Below, one piece after another: positions 52,995 through 64,000 of a stretch of 64,000 bases of DNA. Both the position numbers and the translations under genes were made by a program. The stretch's first letter is position 1. Every line of letters starts with the position of its first letter. The notes beneath the pieces are model-generated. The model saw nothing but the letters and a program-made list of their open reading frames with translations, was not told the DNA's origin and did not search any database. The stretch comes from Eledone cirrhosa (taxonomy: Eukaryota). The stretch lies in NCBI GenBank assembly GCA_964016885.1, contig OZ024753.1, positions 30,504,001-30,568,000 on the forward strand, in the 5' to 3' direction.

Positions 52995-53490
52995 GCTCGG
53001 TAGAGCGTCGGCCAATCGACTTTCCCCTCACCAAATATTGCTGGCCTTGTGCCTATATTAGAAACCATTAGTGGATTGGCAGTATCGGTAGAGGGTCGGA
53101 CGCCATGCTTTGACGCATAGAGTTACGGCCCTTATCATTCTGAGTTCAAATCCTGCCGAGGTTAACTTTGCCTTTCATCCTTACGGGGTCGATAAAATAA
53201 AGTACCAGTAATGTACTGCGTAATTGCTGGCCTTGTGCCAAAAGTAGAAACAATTATTATTAGAGTGGTGGATTGGCAGTATCGGTAGAGGGTCGGACAA
53301 CATGCTTCGCAGCATAAAGTTACGATTCTTTATGTTCTGAGTTCAAATCCCGCCGAGGTTAGCTTTGCCTTTCATCCTTACGCGATCGATTAAATAAATC
53401 GCCAGTAACGTACTGGGGTCGATTTAATCGACTTTGCCGTCCTCTTCAAATTGCTAGCCTTGTGCTTCAAGTAGAAACAATTATTATTGC
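52995..53490 (+). mobile_element. Head-to-tail array of three short-subfamily SINEs
   Basis: Repeated gtggattggcagtatcggtagag heads and tagaaac(a/c)atta tails. Confidence 0.85.
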
Positions 53491-53703
53491 GTGTTGTTTG
53501 TACAGTGAATATAATGATTATTGGATCTTCTATAGCTTCTTGAGTCTCAACAAAGACCTTTGACAGATAATACTTTCAATTCCTCATAGCGGCCGATGGC
53601 AAATACTTTTTCCGTCTTTTAAAGGTCTTCACCCTATTTAATAGGCTGTGTTTATAGCATTTCTGCGATTGAGTACTTTCTTTATACATACATACATACA
53701 TAC

Positions 53704-54264
53704 ATGGTGGCTGCCAACTCGTTTTCGAGTACGGCCACTACTTTATATCCATGTAGGAGAACCCCTACCGATGCGCTGAACGAGTGTGACTTTTTAGTCC
53801 AGCCAGCGACTTGAAAACCCTGGTACAAACACTACACTTGTGACAATTATTGACATATAGTTCTGGGCCCATGGTACCATGTGACGACAAGTGCAGAGAG
53901 ATCTCCAGATATAAAGCAATGCCTGTGCCGTGAAGCTTTTATAGTGAGCAAAGGCACTGCACAAAGCCAGTCCCACTCTCTTAACCAAGATGATATTTAC
54001 CAAAAAGAAGAACAAGTCAAGATCATTGGAAACCATCAGGGTTGCAAGTGTTATATTAGAGTTTTCCTTCTCATAGAATTCTGCCTTGACAAAGGCTAAG
54101 GGGTCATCTCTCTCGGTGATTTAGGATGGCCATTGACTCTTAAGAGCTCCTTTGCTCTTTGACAGGTTTTGTTTTTCGTCCTGCAGGATGTCCAAAGTCA
54201 CCCTCCTCACCAAGAAACCTTGGTGGGGTTGCCAGTTTAGTCGCCAACGACCCGACCATGAGAC
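53704..54264 (-). mobile_element. RTE-derived family 1, near full length (left module of composite copy 2)
   Basis: Matches 39358-39912; (ATAC)n on both sides. Confidence 0.8.
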
Positions 54265-54282
54265 ATACATACATACATACAT

Positions 54283-57200
54283 CAGTCAGTCAGTCAGTCA
54301 ATCAACGCGATCAGTCGCATATTTTGGCGTGGGAGACTATTTATTAAATTTAAGATGAATACTATCTCCGACAGTAATGCCACAACTACAGCCAGGTTGA
54401 ATAACTGGTTATTCTTCTAACTATCACTTCTGAAGACACCTTTTATTCGAATTCGTAGAGATATCCGACTAAATACGTAATTCATTTTACAAGGATTTGC
54501 TACAAACAGCATGGCTGAACACAACATCAACAAAAAAATTAAGGAAGTATCGAAGACAAATAACAAAGAAGGTAATCAAACTTTATTCAGCTGTAGCTAC
54601 AGAAGAAACCGAAATTATAAATCGCATTTCTCTTGGAGTTGCGAACTTAATAATGATTTATTTAATTGTTATAAAATGGCAAAAAACAATCCCTCCATTT
54701 GCTATATGAATAGAATGAAGCTACACTGGGACGAAATGCACCCAGAGCTAAATTATTTAACAGCGAAACAATTACGCCAACAAGCGACGTTTGTTGAACG
54801 TAAAAATTTGATAAATATTATTAATTGTAAGTCCCCCACAACAAACATGGGATAAACAACACGTGCTACTAGACTTCCTTGCAGCCAGGTCGAACAGCGC
54901 CTTGAAACAACTATGCCTGTAAGAAACTTGACACCACCTATACCATCTAAGTCTACCTCGAATGCTGGGGAAAACACTATCGATAATAATAATAATCGAA
55001 GAAATAATAATAATAATCGAATAAATGTGACACCACGTATACCATCCGAGTCTACCTCGACTGTTGTGGAAAATACTATCGATAATGATAATCAAAAGTA
55101 TAAACAATTGAAAATTTCCCTCAACGAAATCTTCCAGAGAGAAATTAACTCCTGTATAAATATCTCTCTGGCTGAACGTGTTAAAACGACAATGGTGAAT
55201 AAAAAACCAAATAATGAAATACTACGTGTTATTGACGAAATAGGGATGAATATTTACGACGGATAAAAACCCCAACATTTTGGCAAATCAACGCCTGTTT
55301 ATATGCCTTAGCAATGACAGTGAAGCATTATCTTGGTGATAGCAGAGATATTAACAAGAACAAAACACCACCAAAAATACCATCATATATAACTAAAATA
55401 GAAAAAAGGAGTGCTGACCTAGGAAAAAACATAGGACATGTGACAATGCTCCTTACATGCAAACAAACACAAAAAACCTCACTCCTCACCAACAAAGAGT
55501 GAAAAATAAAATAGAGACGATGTTTGGTAACAGTAGAACCAGAACTCTCCAATATAAGCTGATCACCCTCAAACAAGAATTGAGAGCTGTTAGCGAAAAA
55601 CGCCGACACCTGAAGAAGGTAGATAAGAGAAAAATGCTTAATAAAAGATTCAGACGAAACCAAACATCAGTCTATAGAGATATGAAGGGCGAAATAATAA
55701 ATGTCACTGAGGCCCCATCCCAGAAAGACAGATTCCTTTTGGAGAAAAATATGGGGTGAAAAGAAGAATTTCAACCAAGATGCAGTGTGGCTAAGAGAAA
55801 TCCGAAAGAACTATTGCTACTACACTACAACAAAAACATACGAAATAAGTGAGGGTACCCTTGAGACTGTGATAGGAAAACTCCAAGATAAGAAAACACC
55901 AGGAAGAGACATGATTGTCGGCTACTGGTACAAAAAACTAATATTCTATCGGAGGTATCTTACTGACCTCTACCAACAAGTTCTTAAGGGAGATACATTT
56001 ATACCAGAATGGTTGACATTAGCACAAACGTTACTGGTCCCCAAGAACAAAGACACCCACTTGGCAAAAAACTACCGACCCATTGCATGCCAGAACCTGA
56101 TGTATAAGATGTATACAGCCTGCCTGAACCTATTCCTCCAAGATCACTGTGAAAATAATAACATTATCACAGATGAACAAGCAGCTGGAAAGAAAAGGGT
56201 TTGGGGATGTGCTGAACAACTCCTAATCAACAAAACTGCGATGTCCGAGGTGCGACAACTTAGGAGGAATATGAGTACAGTCTGGCTGGACTACAAGAAA
56301 GCTTTCGATTCTGTTCCCCACTCTTGGATGATAGAGGCCCTCCAACTTGCTAAAATACCAGACATTATTGTCAGAGCCATAGAGAGGCTGTCTTCTTCTT
56401 GGGCTACTATCCTAAGGTTAAAGACAGAGAGGGAGGACTCTATTTCACTGATAAAATAAAATATTGCAGGGGTATATTTCAGGGGGACAGTCTCTCTGTG
56501 ATATTGTTCATCTTGTCATTAAACCCCTTGTCCTTTCTGCTCAAGAAATGTGAGGGATACATCATTGGCTCACAGGAGGACAGAAATACGAACCTAACCC
56601 ATAACTTCTTTGTGGACGATCTGAAACTCTATGCCAAGAACATGGATGGGATGAAGAAAAATCTTGACCTGGTTACAACGTTCTCAAAGGATATAGGAAT
56701 GGAGTTTGGCCAAGATAAATGCTCATACATGACTGTAAAGCGGGGAAAAACAACAACCCAATCTAGCAACATTGTCATCAATGGTCTAACTGTTTCACCG
56801 ATATCTGATGAGGACTGCTACAGATACCTGGGGATAGATGAGAACATATCCTATAATGGTATCTGTAATAAAGAACGCGTAACCAGGGAATACTACACCC
56901 GATTAAGAAAGATCTGGTCATCGGAACTCTCTGCGCAAAACAAAACAGTGGCTCACAATGTGTTTGCTGTGCCTGTCCTAACACCAACGTTTGGAATACT
57001 CAATTGGACGATAGACGAAATCCGAGCAGTTGATGTTGGAACTCGAAAAATACTGAACAACACCGGAAACTTCCACATCAACAGTGACATAGACCGCCTT
57101 TACTTGAAACGTAAGCAGGGAGGCAGAGGCCTAACATCAGTCCAGACAACATTTGAATGTCGCATCATATCTCTCCGACAACATCTATGAACCTCGAAGC

Positions 57201-58402
57201 GTAGTAGCCCGCTTCTCGAGCAAGTCTATCTGCATGAAACAGATAAGATCATGAGAGTTGGGAAGGAACTCCTTGAGAGATATTCCCTGTGTGATAATCA
57301 AAAACTCACACCCAGGGATGTCGCTCAGCAGTATCGCAGAGAATCCATGGATGAAAAACTACATGCATATCAGCAAAAAATCATGCATTGATATGTTGCC
57401 AGAAAGCTCCAGAGTGAGAGTAATATAGATAAGGAAAGTAGTCTATCTTGGACCAACAACCGCTATATTGACTCCCACTTTGAAGGATACGCTTTTGCAA
57501 TCCAAGAACAGGAGATTAGCACGAAATACCTTATTCATATAAGAGATAGGGATGCAGGCAAAACACCTAAATGCGATAACAAGTGCAGACTCTGCAGAAC
57601 TAACATCGAGGATATCACCCATGTCATCAGCAGCTGTCCAAAGATGTCATCGCGGTACTATCTACCTATGAGGTATGATGTAGTGGCCAAAACACTGTAC
57701 AATGCAGTTCGTAAAAAGGATAGCCCCGATAATAATCACATTAAAAGCTACAACAATGTGGAAGACATCCATGTACATAATATGAAAGAGTACTGGTGGA
57801 ATGTTCCAGTAAAAACCCCAATAAAATGCAGGCATTACAGACCAGATATTATGATATGGGACAGCGAGAAGAAAACATGCACAGTAGTGGAAATTAGCTG
57901 CCCAGCAGATGCCAATATAATATCAAAGATTAGTGAAAAGGAGAATATTTATGCAGAACTGATGAGAAATCTGCAGATACTCCACCCTGATTACACCTTC
58001 AGATTTATGGCTGTGATTGTTGGGGCACTGGAATATGTTAGTAACTGCCTCAATACAAATCTTGAGAAGCTAGGCTTCACAGGAACAGAAAGAACACAAC
58101 TAATTAGGAAATTACAAGTACAATCCATTGATGGAACAGTAAAAATATGTAAAAGATTCCAAAAATTTTGCATCTAATAACTGCATATACACATGTACAG
58201 GTACAAAGCATATACACATGCACACATACAACTCAAAACATCCACACATACAATAACATCCATATCTACACATGCATGCATACATACGTATCTACCTAGT
58301 TGATGTTTTGTAAATTCCAATGAGAGAGTCTTGTGTCTATGTTAGAAACCGACTCTCTCTCTCTATTGGTAAAACTTTGTGAAATTATAAAACCAGAAGA
58401 AC
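54283..58402 (+). mobile_element. R4/Dong-clade element, family A, copy 2 (full length, several stops and frameshifts)
   Basis: Colinear and highly similar to 40421-44532; ORF fragments span 54511-58177. Bounded by (ATAC)n at 54263-54282 and 58401-58414. Confidence 0.92.
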
Positions 58403-58413
58403 ATACATACATA

Positions 58414-61400
58414 CAGTCGAAACTTTTAAAGAAGATCATCGACTATTTTGAAAAATAAATACGAAATATTAGTGAATAGACGAACTCATCATGGCAAAAA
58501 GTACAAGTCTCCTTCGTCCAAATCGCAACTACAACCGTTGTACACAGTGGAGCTACGAGCTTAACAAAGTATTATATGAAGCATACAAACAATCTGAACC
58601 CCAAAAGTTCGGTTTTATGCAAAGGCTAAAAACTTTATGGAACTCCAAACACCCAGAATTAGACTTTTCTCCAAAGCATTTAAATGAACAGGCAAAACGT
58701 ATTATTAGATGTAAATTGATACATCTAACGGAATTGACTGATACTACAAATACAGCCCTTGTAGACAACCACCCCACCTCCACTGACAGACAAAGAGAAT
58801 GGCCAGTTAAATCTAACAGTGAACAGCTCACCAACAATTTTGCTGAAATCCATCCCACTTCCACTGAAGAACAGCGAGAATTGTCAGCTAACTCTAGTAG
58901 TGATTGTCACCACATTAACAACGAGGCTGAAATTCATGACTCTACTGTACAAACAGAACACCAAAAACTTGTGGACACCTTACAAGTGATATGGGACGAT
59001 ATGCTTCAAGAGATACACAGCCTTAATGTGAGTGACAGAGCATACAACACCAGAATCAGTAAAGAACCCACTAAATTGGAATTGGAAGCGGTGAACGAAA
59101 TAGCTGGCAATTATCTGAAGCCTATACGATCTAAAGGTGTAGAAACGACATTTGAAACGCTTAATATTTTGTTATATGTTTCAGCTGTCACATTGCTATC
59201 ATATAACACACATCTAAAACCACGCAATTAAGATACAAACAAAAAGCCTGAACCAGCGTGGATGCGAAATTTAAAAAGCAAAATTTTGTCCCTGAGACGA
59301 AGTATCTCACACATCGCAGTCGTTATGAAATGCAACTTCACACGACACCAGGAAGACCTAAAAGAAAAGTTAGAGAGACGATTTGGAGATACAAAATTTA
59401 AAACTTTGAACTCCAAGTTACACAAGTTGAAACAACAATTCACAGCTACGACAGAAAGACTAAAATATGAGTCAACAGCACATAAACGACAAGTGCTAAA
59501 TAGATTGTTTGCCAGAGATCCTAAATCAGTTTATCGCAGCTTCGGTGGCAAAAGCTCAATCCCTGTAAATGACACCCCTTCAAAAGAACAGGTTGAGAGC
59601 TACTGGAGATCTGTATGGGAAACGGATTCAACAGACAAACTAATTGGCTAAAAGAACTGGAACAGGACTACTGCCAACATGTCCAGACAAAACAATATGA
59701 CATAGATGGATCAATACTGGAAACAGCTCTATAGAAAATGTCGAATAGGAAATCGCCAGGCCCAGACCTCATTACAGGATACTGGTTGAAGAATTTCACT
59801 TTCTATCGGCAAGATCTTATACGGCTGTTTACAGGAACCATTAAAGGCACACAAGAACTGCCCAGATGGTTATCAACTGCCACTACTCTCCTCATTCCCC
59901 AAAATAGCCAAACCACCCTTGCTAAAAATTACCGCCCAATAGCCTGCCAAAACATCATGTATAAATTATATACTGGGTGCCTTAACCTGTTCTTACAGGA
60001 TCACTGTGCTACCAACATCATCATAACACCTGAGCAAGCTGGTGGAAAGAGGGAGGTGTGGGGTTGCATAGATCACCTACTAACTAATAAAATGATTCAG
60101 GAAAAAACAACAAAGAATCGCAGAAACATGACTGTGGTGTGGCTGGACTATCAAAAAGCACTTGATAGTGTACCTCATGGGTGGATTATTAAGGCTTTAC
60201 AGTTAGCCAAAGTCCCACAACCATTTGTAGCTGCTGTTGAACGCCTGACCAAGAACTGGTACACCAATTTGATCCTTAGAGGTGAGAAGGAGCAAGTTAA
60301 GACTGATAAGATACATTACCAGAAGGGCATCTTTCAGGGTGATAGCTTGTCAGTGCTACTCTTCGTTCTCTCACTAAATCCACTATCTTACCTACTCAGG
60401 AAACAAGGTGGACAAAGAAGTGGGTCCAGAAGTATCTCCCATCTTTTCTTTGTTGATGACCTGAAGTTGTATGGGCCAAATATCAATGACATCAAGAAAC
60501 AATTGGCCTCATTACACAATTTTCAACAGACATCAAAATGAAATTTGGTGAGTCCAAGTGTGCATATTTGGCAGTAAAACGTGGAAGAGCTGTGCCCTCC
60601 TCTAGAAATCTAGAGATGAACGGCCTGACAATACAACATCTACAGTCAAGTGACAACTACAGATATCTTGGACAGGATGAGAATGTCAGATATGATGGAC
60701 CCATAAATAAGGAGAGAACCAGAACTGAATACCTCAGAAGAGTAAAGAAAATATGGTCATCAGGACTGTCAGCGTACAACAAATACATTGCCCACAATAC
60801 TTATGCTGTGCCAATTCTAACGCCAACATTTGGCCTGCTGAACTGGTCATTGCAAGAACTAAGTGAGATGGATGTTAGAACTCGAAAACTTCTCAGTGTT
60901 ACTGGGAACTTTAACATCAATGGTGATGTGGATAGGCTATACTTCTCACGCAAGGAAGGTGGCCGGGGTCTAAAATCCATATTAACAACATATGTGACCC
61001 GGATAGTAACACTGAAGCAACACCTTCAACATAGGAAAAAGGTTGGCAACCATCTTGCCCAGGTTTATGAGCATGAAAAACAAAATCATTAGAATAGCAA
61101 CTGATCTGGAAGAGAGATATGGAATAAAGCCTGATATAAATCTCTCACCCAGAGAAATCGGAAGATCCTATTCAATGTTCAAACAAGATGAAAAAATTGA
61201 CCAATTTACAGAAAAAGTTGTGCATGGATATTTGAGACGTAAAACACAGACCATAGAGGGGATACACCACTCAAAAAGCCTGGCATGGAGTTCCGACAAG
61301 TTTATGACATCACACCTTTAGGGATATCTCTATGCAATACAGGAACAAGAACTCCCTACCAAATATCTGCTGCACAAAAGAGGAGGGACAGCTGCTGACA

Positions 61401-62060
61401 ATAAATGTAGGCTATGTAAAACAAAGATCGAGGATGTAAGCCACATTGTTGCCAGCTGCGAACGAATGTCATCTCGCTACTACCTCCCAATGAGACACGA
61501 TGGGATAGCTAGAACCATCTGGAACGCACTTCGGAAAACAAAATTAACAACAAACGAGGAAGAATATATTGAGACAGATGGCACTAAGGAATACTGGTGG
61601 AACCTGAAAATAAAAACTGTCACCAAATTAAAGCACAACCGGCCTGATATTGTAGTTTGGGACCACACATTGAAAACGTGTTCTGTTGTGGAGATCATCT
61701 GCCCACTTGATGTAAACGTTGTCAGAAAAATACAGGAGGAGGAGGACATCTACGGACCATTGATGAGGAGTTTACAAATCCAGTATCCAAGATACACCTG
61801 TAGCTTCATACCCATCATTATTGGAGCTACGGGTTATATACCAACCCGCTTGGACCAAAGTATGACTGAACTTGGATTTGCGGACAAAAAACGCAGCTCC
61901 CTAATTCATAGTCTACAAATGGCTGCGATAGCTGGCACCTTCAAAATTTGCAAAACATTCTTGCGATTCAAGGGATGACAATTTCTTTTCTTTTACAACC
62001 TTGCCACCAGGAAGGTGGCCGGTCAAAAAAATATACTCGAAATTAAGAGAAAGAGATAAC
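58414..62060 (+). mobile_element. R4/Dong-clade element, family B, copy 2 (full length, disrupted ORF 58491-61978)
   Basis: Starts cagtcg. Myb-like QWSYELN...GFMQRLKTLW, then RT, CRLC knuckle (about 61405) and RLE. Followed by (ATAC)n at 62059-62146. Confidence 0.92.
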
Positions 62061-62117
62061 ATACATACATACATACATACATACATACATACATACATAC
62101 ATACATACATACATACA

Positions 62118-62148
<31 letters not shown>

Positions 62149-62356
62149 TCTCAACGCTTAAAAAGCCAAAAATTAGGTTTCGTACATTATATATATATAT
62201 ATATATATATATACTACGTTAAGGTATCAAAACATATTTAATATGTATGATGATGATTATATATATATATAGAGTAATAATAATAAACGTGAAGATTAAA
62301 ATCAGAAGATCCCGTTAAGAATGAAAGCAGCGATTCTTTGCTTAAACTTTAATCTG

Positions 62357-62391
<35 letters not shown>

Positions 62392-62518
62392 CACACACAC
62401 ACAACTTGAACCCTCTTCCTGGTGGAGGCGTACGGGAATCGTCGTCGTGACATACGGTGTGGCTTGGGCATTTGAAACTTAGTGTAGCCAATCCCTCTTC
62501 AACCATATATATATATAT

Positions 62519-62774
62519 AATAGCTTTCACCGTATTTTTGACTAAAGGAATTTTAGCCTGATAATGGGGTTTAGAACCCTCAGATAAATGGAAAAAGATG
62601 AGTATTGACGTACATGGGAGTCGAACCCACATCTTTGGTTATCGCGACCACTGTGCTACCATTACACGTCAATACTCATGTACTTTAATACTCATCTTTT
62701 TCCATTTATCTGAGGGTTCTAAACCCCATTATCAGGCTAAAATTCCTTTAGTCAAAAATACGGTGAAAGCTATT
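62519..62774. repeat. Fold-back element: about 97-bp inverted arms around a tRNA-like core
   Basis: Arms 62519-62616 and 62677-62774 are near-perfect reverse complements. The minus-strand core has gtgtaatggtagcac and gtgggttcgactcccat. Confidence 0.85.
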
Positions 62775-63679
62775 CTATTTTCTAATTTCAAACCTGCTCA
62801 CTGTTTCAAAACATACTTACTTGATATATATAATATATACATGATAGAAACAAACATCGTATATTATGGAACTCCCATCTCAAAATTGTTGACTGCATTG
62901 TTATTTTTTGTATGATAGTAATTTAAGAAAATGTGTCAAAATTTCATAACAAAACCAGAAACATTAAATACACAAATAGAATCAAATGACGCAGTTACAA
63001 CCTACATTTGGAAAGCGAATTCCAAGAAATAAAGCAAATTAACTGACGCTATACAGCTGTCAACCCTAAAAAGCAAATTTAATAAAATAAGCCCAGGAAA
63101 TCTATTTGAAAAAATAATTGCAAATTCAATGTGAATAGATAAAATTGTATGTCTATTTGTATTTTCACAAGAGTAAATACATAACATACAATGAAGATCT
63201 GTAGAGTCAAAATACTGCAGTCATGCAATGCAATACTGCTCTTAAATACACTATGGTGCTGCTTCTTTATACACAACATTCGTAGTCCACATGCAGATAA
63301 TGGCCACATGAATGACTGGTATGAAATCACTCATGTGTTTCCAACCTCTGGGCCACGAGTATGATGTCACCTCATTCTTCCTCTTCTACCGCCACTACAA
63401 ATGATTTATAGATTTTAACTGGTATCGTCCCACCCCTATCCAGACATTATCGGTACTCTACCCTGCCTTGCACCCATATTCTGTCTAAATTTATAAACCC
63501 CGAATTAACAACTATGCTCCATTCTTTCTCTCCGGAACATCGGCTTTCTCAAATTCCTTCTACAAATGCCTTTTTGACAATCGACAACTTGTCATAGTTT
63601 AATCATACCATAACAACCTCGATCACACAAGTCGGGGTGTTCTGTGAAGGCCATAAATAGAGCCTCTTCTACACTAATC

Positions 63680-63876
63680 TAATAATTGTTTCTACTTTTG
63701 GCACAAGGCCAGCAATTAACCCAGTGCATTACTGGTATTTTATTTTATCGACCCCGTAAGGATGAAAGGCAAATTTAACCTCGGCGGGATTTGAACTCAA
63801 AATGGCAAGGGCCGTAACTCTATGCGTCAAAACATGGCGTCCGACCCTCTACTGATACTGCCAAACCACCGCCCCT
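63680..63876 (-). mobile_element. Short-subfamily SINE
   Basis: Full core and head. Confidence 0.85.
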
Positions 63877-64000
63877 AAACTAATAATAAAGACAAACAAG
63901 TATGGTCTTCTAGTAAGAGCTACAAGAAATTTAATCGTAAATGTACGCTCGCAACTAAAGACGACCCATCGAAATACCCAGGGTGAAACAACTGGGTGGA

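Noticed and set aside
62605-62675. Functional tRNA gene
   Set aside because: Acceptor stem spacing and anticodon loop (cgcgata) are non-canonical; kept only as a tRNA-like module.

Overview
AT-rich, repeat-dense animal genomic DNA. The SINE repertoire suggests an octopus or other cephalopod, which is inference only. The one host gene I can support is a minus-strand rhodopsin-family peptide GPCR. Five GT-AG exons (37975-37854, 11996-11873, 8573-8371, 2685-2562, 1012-596) splice in phase into 329 aa running from ECL1 to the C-terminus; the TM1-TM2 exon was not found and probably lies right of the window. Most of the rest is intron filled with MetaSINE-type SINEs, RTE-derived bipartite elements, two non-autonomous Helitrons, a Penelope-like GIY-YIG fragment with a minimal hammerhead ribozyme inside about 10 kb of (TA)n satellite, fold-back palindromes and a 58-bp minisatellite. 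The most striking structure is a composite present twice (40227-47945 and 53688-62146): [antisense RTE-derived element]-(ATAC)n-[R4/Dong-clade element A]-(ATAC)n-[R4/Dong-clade element B]-(ATAC)n. All four R4-type copies are bounded by (ATAC)n. The two composites have unrelated flanks, and both B copies lack the endonuclease Lys of the KxxxY motif. This suggests (ATAC)n-targeted retrotransposons, possibly moving as a tandem train. The very long IYIY, CVCV and HTHT ORFs are microsatellite artefacts.
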